Below are positions 46,188 to 52,582 of a stretch of 52,582 bases of DNA, one piece after another. Location of the stretch: assembly GCA_040437565.1 (NCBI GenBank), contig JBDOQK010000090.1, positions 1 to 52,582 of the forward strand, read 5' to 3'. Below the pieces are notes generated by a model. It saw only the letters and a list, made by a program, of their open reading frames with translations, did no database searches and was not told the DNA's origin. Made by a program: the position numbers and the translations under genes. The stretch comes from Albugo candida. Its lineage: Eukaryota. How positions within the stretch are numbered: the stretch's first letter is position 1; every line of letters starts with the position of its first letter.

Positions 46188-48257
46188 AAATGTGTGCTAA
46201 TCTGGTATGTTCGCGGCAAATTTTCAACATCTATTTAGTGTTTTGTTTTTGAAGTCCACGTCTTTATACCGTACTTTCGTGATTCGCTCTGTTTATGATG
46301 ACCCAAAATATACTCCATAGAAGACGGATCACTCTTTACTATGGGCGGTAAGACTTTCCATACCGCTAATTCGTATTATTCACGTAAAGTGAGGACCTTC
46401 TATCGTGAAATAGTTCGACCCTAGCGGTACTCGTCAATAGCAATAATGTTTGCGCAAAGAAAACCCCCGAGCAAAAGCTCAATACCTCGTCGATCTCAGA
46501 ATCATTCGATAGGAAGGAGCTATGCAACTTTGCTGCATGTACAAAGATTACTGCTGGTTTTGTCATACAACATTGGAGTAGCGAGTCATTTCAATAGAGC
46601 ACAATTTGCCATTTGCTTGTTTTTGTGGACTCTTCAAATATGAATCCATTGTCTACAGATGAGTAGGAAGGTTTTCTTTTGCCAGATCACAGTAATTAGC
46701 TTCAATACCAATATGAGTGGTTCCCACAACGACAGATATATGCCAATGCTCAAAGACCAGTTGCTGACTACTCACTATCAGTATGGCTTTATCGAGATAC
46801 ACTACTCTTGAAAAAAAATGTATTGCGGGTGTCGGCAGAGAGAACGAGCGAATGTATTGCGTCGCTTTAAACTTTCTGGTCCAAAGTAGATTCTGACACC
46901 TTCCTAAAAAAAACCCACGTGGAAGTCAAATTCGCATGATGAGTCTAGTTCGACCTTTCGAGTACCATCACGAGGGTTCATCGCCAGATACAGGGCAAAT
47001 TTCTCAAGAAGTCCCATTTCGGAATCTAGTCGGCCAGCTCTGCAATCATTCCTCGTCCTCGTACTTCATGCAATATTTCTATGTGAATGTTTTGGCATTC
47101 CTAATGCGGAACCATTTTAACTTCATACCGTGATAAGTAATCCTTCACTGCGTTCATTGTTTTCTAATTNNNNNNNNNNNNNNNNNNNNNNNNNNNNNNN
47201 NNNNNNNNNNNNNNNNNNNNNNNNNNNNNNNNNNNNNNNNNNNNNNNNNNNNNNNNNNNNNNNNNNNNNAAATGTGTGCTAATCTGGTATGTTCGCGGCA
47301 AATTTTCAACATCTATTTAGTGTTTTGTTTTTGAACTCCACGTCTTTATACCGTACTTTCGTGATTCGCTCTGTTTATGATGACCCAAAATATACTCCAT
47401 AGAAGACGGATCACTCTTTACTATGGTTGGTAAGACTTTTCATACCGCTAATTCGCATTATTCACGTGAAATGGGGACCTTCTATCGCGAAATAGTTCGA
47501 CCCTAGCGGTACTCGTCAATAGCAATAATGTTTGCGCAAAGAAAACCCCCTAGCAAAAGCTCAATACCTCGTCGATCTCAGAATCATTCGATAGGAAGGA
47601 GACTATGCAACTTTGCTGCATGTACAAAGATTACTGCTGGTTTTGTCATACAAAATTGGAGTAGCGAGTCATTTCAGAGGAGCAGAATTTGCCATTTGCT
47701 TGTTTTTGTGGACTCTTCAAATATGAATCCATTGTCTACAGATGAGTAGGAAGGCTTTCTTTTGCCAGATCACAGTAATTAGCTTCAATACCTATACGAG
47801 TGGTTCCCACAACGACAGATATATGCCAATGCTCAAAGACCAGTTGCTGACTACTCACTATCAGTATGTCTTTATCAAGAAACACTACTCTTGAAAAAAA
47901 CAATGATGTATTGAGGGTGTCGGCAGAGAGAACGAGCGAATGTATTGCGTCGCTTCAAACTTTCTGGTCCAAAGTAGATTCTGACACCTTCCTACAAAAA
48001 ACCCACGTGGAAGTAAAATTCACATGATGAGTCTAGTTCGACCTTTCGAGTACCATCATGAGGGCTTATGGCCAGATACAGGGCATTTTTCTCAAGAAGT
48101 CCCATTTCGGAATCTAGTAGGTCAGCTCTGCAATCATTCCTCGTCCTCGTACTTGATGCAATATTTATATGTGAATGTTTTGGCATTCCTAATGCGGAAC
48201 CATTCTAACTTCATACCGTGATAAGTAATCCTTCACTGCGTTCATTGTTTTCTAATT
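46188..48257. repeat. ~985-bp direct duplication across the N gap (46188-47169 vs 47270-48257), ~96% identical
   Basis: About 39 differences by manual comparison, including two indels; the first and last ~55-65 bp are identical. Confidence 0.9.
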
Positions 48258-50067
48258 ACTCTTGTTACTAGAACGGTTTTGCATGCTTTTCCAAGATTGT
48301 CTATTTAGCTTCGAAATGCTTAATGCCTCCATCGTCGACGTTTCCATTTTTGTCTCTTATTCAGCTTAAAAGTTTATCTGCATATGCTCCGTCGCAATAT
48401 GATATTTCAGACACATATTCTAAAGTACTTATAAGCGCGTGCATCAATCTGTGAGTATTGTGACGTGTCCAAATTCAATGAATCATAATTTGTAACGCCA
48501 GCTTTTGAAGAATTCAATTTTGATCTTTTCTATCCTCCTATTCCGATACCAAAATAAAGCTTGAAAGGAATGTAAGATTTACAGAGGTGATTCCAAAAAA
48601 TATGCGTCAAAGGCATACGAAATTGATTGATCAGGCTCATAGGCGCAATTCGAGAAGAATAAGGTTTACTATGAGTCTACTTGGCAGATGTACGATCGAT
48701 AAAGAGAAGCTTTGTGATTGCGTGTATATCATCCCAGCAAATATCGACGCGGAGGTCAGATCTTCTAACATCCATGGAGCAAGACAGCTATGGGTGAATG
48801 TCCACTGTGTGTCTTCGTTCACTTGGATCTCTTTTACTATAGATGCTTACGGTATTTCCAAAAGTACTTGACATTTGCCACATGGTACGTAAAACACTGA
48901 TGAAGGTTCGAATCTGGTGCGATAATCTATCACAACTATATCCCATCGTCGGGATTGTTGTGATCTTGCAAGCTGCGAGGAAAATGTTTCTGTACAACTC
49001 GTTCGTTATGAATACGGTTCTCTAGAACTTTTGTCTGTGATTGAGTCGACTGGAAGATGGCGATTGGGAATGTATTTGAATCGATGTACGATCAAATTGG
49101 TCCAACTTCTCAAGAGATCGTATCGATTCCTAAATCGATCCAAGAAACAGTAAAAGTTGATTAAAAGATATGTTGCTTTATCTTCTTCGGACTTGCTGAC
49201 ATTTTTTATTGTGACTATGAGGGAAGTTGCGAGAGAGCACACAGGATGCTTAGAGAGGGCTTACGAGAAAGAGTCTTGCGATGTTGCATCTCTTCTCCAA
49301 ACTCAAGTGAATTCGATTCAAAGGTATTTGGATGGACGTTTCATTAAACTGGAAGCTTTCCTCGCAACAATTCCAATGTCTCAAAACGCTTCAGTTTTGA
49401 GAATAAAAATGCTCTTCATCAAATAAATGCGACCGAAATGGTAATGGGATGTAAAATGGACGATATCACCGATACAGAGGATTTTAAAGCACATGATAGA
49501 GCAATATGTGAACGCGATGTCACGTTCTCTGAACGAGCGTCAAGCCATGGTGAAATGAGGAGTGAGATTCAGGAAGATTAGATTGTGTTTGGGCAAGAAC
49601 AAATAATGCAGTGCAATTTATCTACAACATACGTGTGCTACTTGTGTGATAGCACAACACAACAATGGACGTCACCTGCGGAACTCGAATACACCAATAT
49701 GCGTAAAAACACTCTCGTATCCACGGATGCAAAGGATTGAGATAAGTATCCACCTATCGCTTCTTTTGGTAGTGGAGACGCATTTACTTTCCCTGTTTCC
49801 CGCAAATATAAGTTCCGAACGACAATGAGTGGATATCACTATCAATTCCACAGGTTGGCACGTGGTAGCACATCTAGAAGTGGTTCAGCAAGTTTCTCGG
49901 ATTGTGCTGTTTTCTAATATGACGTCACCGAGATAAAATAACATTCAACAAACGAGAGCAAAGTATATCAGAGAGAGAATAGATGTATGTGATCACACAA
50001 AAGAAGCCAGAAGGATCCGTTCTTTCATTTTCCAATTCTAGTCTTCAATTGTTTTGGAAAGAGACTT

Positions 50068-52122
50068 TCAAATTAAGTATAATTTTTTCTTTTTGAGGCT
50101 CATATAGCCCCGGGATCGGTAGCCTTTTTCAGGCTGATCTCTTACGGTACAAAAGTAGCCATTCACTTCTTTGGCTGTAATTTGCCGAAGATATGAATAA
50201 TATCCAACTTCTACTGCAACTTCGAGTTGTTGCTTGCACATGTCACATTGCAGAGGCTTCAACGATGGTACCATCCACACAAATCGTTCAGCCAGCGACA
50301 TCAAAACAACTTTACGCTTGCTCGCGATACAAAGTAGCAAGCCTGAAAGTTCTTGTTCTCTTCCACGTCTTCTAGATTGACAGTTGCCCACTTGCGCATA
50401 ATCAATTCTTCAGGTGGCGATGAGGATGGAGGATGGTTCAAGTCCAAAGTGTACTTCGGCGCTTTTTGATTCATTTTATAAGTTTGATCCTCCTTCATCT
50501 CGGTTGGATTCATCATATACCGGCACATGAATTCAGGCATAACCTCTAATTGTACACAGCTTGAACTTTTGGAATACTCTGATTTCGGAACACTCGTAAC
50601 TTTTGTATCGGTGGATACCGAGATCAAGAATGTGATTGGTGTAAAGTTCCAATCCCCTGTCTTACCTCGGAAGCTTTTGAGACAATCAGGTTCACCATCA
50701 CGTAAGTGTCGTACCGAGACACAGTTTTGACCTTTGACCATAGCTCTTGTCGTCGATGCGGATGGTTTTTGTTCCAAAAGATAAGTAATGTCATTTGTAG
50801 GAACAAAATTATCCACACGAACGACATCCGATTCGCAGTGGGCGCTGCCACCAAGTGTACCACCACACACGCTTCAACAATCCTTATGTATAACGGAATT
50901 GGATGCTATGTTGAAAAATCGGATAAGGAATCGTGTTTTTCCCTCCCAGTTGGAGTTGGCACCATTGTATCGAAAAGTACCATTCCTTCAAACGTATTGG
51001 CCAAGCATCGCCAGCACGTGTGGCTCCGAAAGACGCGCTTAACGTTGACCTGCAGCTCCATGGCATCAGAAACTTTTCAAGTGTATTTTTTGTATATTTT
51101 GGCTCCCCTTCTTCATTATATATTGCATCTTGGTTTCCTTCAGCGGAAGCTCGAAGGTATGTTGTAAAATGTTCTTCGATTTCCCCCAACACTTGTGGCA
51201 TCTTCTTATTTTTTTGAAACTTGGTTGATGATGTTGTGAATTTGATCAGTTCGCAAAGATTGTCCAAGATTTGAGTCGCTGTACCTGCNNNNNNNNNNNN
51301 NNNNNNNNNNNNNNNNNNNNNNNNNNNNNNNNNNNNNNNNNNNNNNNNNNNNNNNNNNNNNNNNNNNNNNNNNNNNNNNNNNNNNNNNGGTTGATGATGT
51401 TGTGAATTTGATCAGTTCGCAAAGATTGTCCAAGATTTGAGTCGCTGTACCTGCACATATATTATCAGCGATATACTTATCGACGACCCAATTTGATGCA
51501 TATATCATGTATACGACACTCGTTTTCGAACGATATACAAAATATTTCTCCATATCAGCTGCATCACTCGCTCTTTTCAGACAGATATCACATCGAGGCG
51601 TAATAGATTCTTTATGTTTCAATAGACAAACTTGTTGAAAGCCACTTTCTTCATCTTTAACAATTACTTGTTCATCGTTTTGAAAATTGCCCAGTGTACC
51701 GGCTAGTGCTTATTCCCTGGGCTGACTGCAAGGATGGAAGGCAGTCCGTCAAAATTACCACGATGTTTATCTGATGGCTTCAGGGACAAGGATGCTCTGA
51801 ATTTCTGACTAAAATCTGTGTAATATAAGGCAGAATCACGGTCATCTTTATAACTCAGTCCTTGACACACGCTTGAAATGCTGCAACTGATAAAGCTTGT
51901 TGGAAGGAATTTTGACACTCCCACCACCAGATACGTGTAAGTATATAATTGATTCTCTACGGTCAATTTTTTCTCTTCAACGTGGATCGCGCCTGCATTC
52001 AGTAAGCAAGTCTGGCACGTATTGGTATGATAGGAATAGAACGACACGTCAAATCGATATAATTCAAGAGCACATATTCCAAAATGTCGAAAGACGAAGA
52101 AAACTAGATGGAAACGAATCAT
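50068..52122 (-). pseudogene. CCG-class effector copy B, disabled (intact signal peptide; TAG at 51703-51705, several 1-bp frameshifts, TGA near 50875)
   Basis: ATG 52122 gives MIRFHLVFFVFRHFGICA...CQTCLLNAG. Successive ORF pieces align collinearly with copy A in changing frames. Confidence 0.85.
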
Positions 52123-52131
52123 TTCAAGTGT

Positions 52132-52147
52132 GAAATTTGAAGAATGA
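52132..52147 (-). promoter_or_regulatory. Oomycete Inr+FPR core promoter element
   Basis: Minus-strand TCATTCTTCAAATTTC ends 10 bp before ATG 52122. Confidence 0.65.
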
Positions 52148-52546
52148 TAATGCCTAGCCACTACCTTATCTAAAGCAAATCCTTCTGTCTTGTTATCGTG
52201 CAACGTTCAGAGCCTGGCCAACCAGCATCCTCATTTTTGCGCTGTAGGCATCGTCACATACCTTCGGAAAAGAAATATATCATCAGAAAGCAGGCAGCCT
52301 TTGGGATTTCCTGATTACATTAAACTCTGAGAACAGATAATTAATGACGATCTGTCCATATAAGAATTTCTCCTTGGAACAAAACCATGGAAACGTAAGA
52401 CGTAGTACTTCCACGAAGGCAGGGTAATCTACGTCATCTTTTCTGCGCAATCTAACGACGCATAGCAAGTATATAGAGCAAATACCATACGATTGTTGTA
52501 AGCATCGTTGTCACTTTGCTAAGTATGAGCCGCGGGGTCCGTACCC

Positions 52547-52582
52547 AGTTGAAGGTGTCTATATTACTAGAATTAGACTAAC
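52547..52582 (+). repeat. Dispersed repeat copy (partner 8924-8959), runs off the window end
   Basis: 33/36 identity; its start overlaps GGGGTCCGTACCCAG, which resembles the 5' end of the SINE-like element. Confidence 0.7.

Larger units (their letters stand above)
49580..52167 (-). repeat. Right arm of the inverted segmental duplication
   Basis: Reverse complement aligns with 40786-43092. Confidence 0.9.

Noticed and set aside
44100-46190. Coding-like decayed sequence sharing a GPINL peptide with the ORF at 11625-11888
   Set aside because: A 5-residue match can arise by chance; no family could be assigned by eye.
51223-51454. 66-bp repeat in CCG copy B
   Set aside because: Gap-flank duplication; collapsing it restores collinearity with copy A.

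Overview
Eukaryotic oomycete DNA, most consistent with Albugo (white rust), judged from CCG/CHxC-type secreted effectors, Car/mucin-like genes, oomycete Inr+FPR core promoters and short introns. The window has three zones. (1) 1-17 kb is a transposon graveyard: L1-like fragments, a complete but dead hAT element, a tRNA-derived SINE-like insert with a 17-bp direct repeat, two back-to-back DD34E Tc1 elements and possible gypsy relics. (2) About 20-40 kb is a compact gene block: two MGCxQSK-PX proteins, a type I DnaJ, cyclin A, two Car/mucin-like secreted proteins, an SDR, cystathionine beta-lyase with an N-terminal LisH-like motif, sphingolipid delta-4 desaturase, RPB2 and a calponin-homology/coiled-coil protein. 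(3) Three related long CCG-type effector genes flank the block: one at 17.3-19.1 kb, and a tail-to-tail inverted pair at 40.8-42.6 kb and 50.1-52.1 kb. All three carry disablements. The inverted pair is mosaic, with a near-identical central tract in which 14 of 15 nucleotide differences lie in amino-acid-changing codons. All five 100-N gaps have duplicated flanks; four look like assembly artefacts and one like a ~4%-divergent haplotype bubble. All calls come from reading the sequence by eye; no database searches were run.
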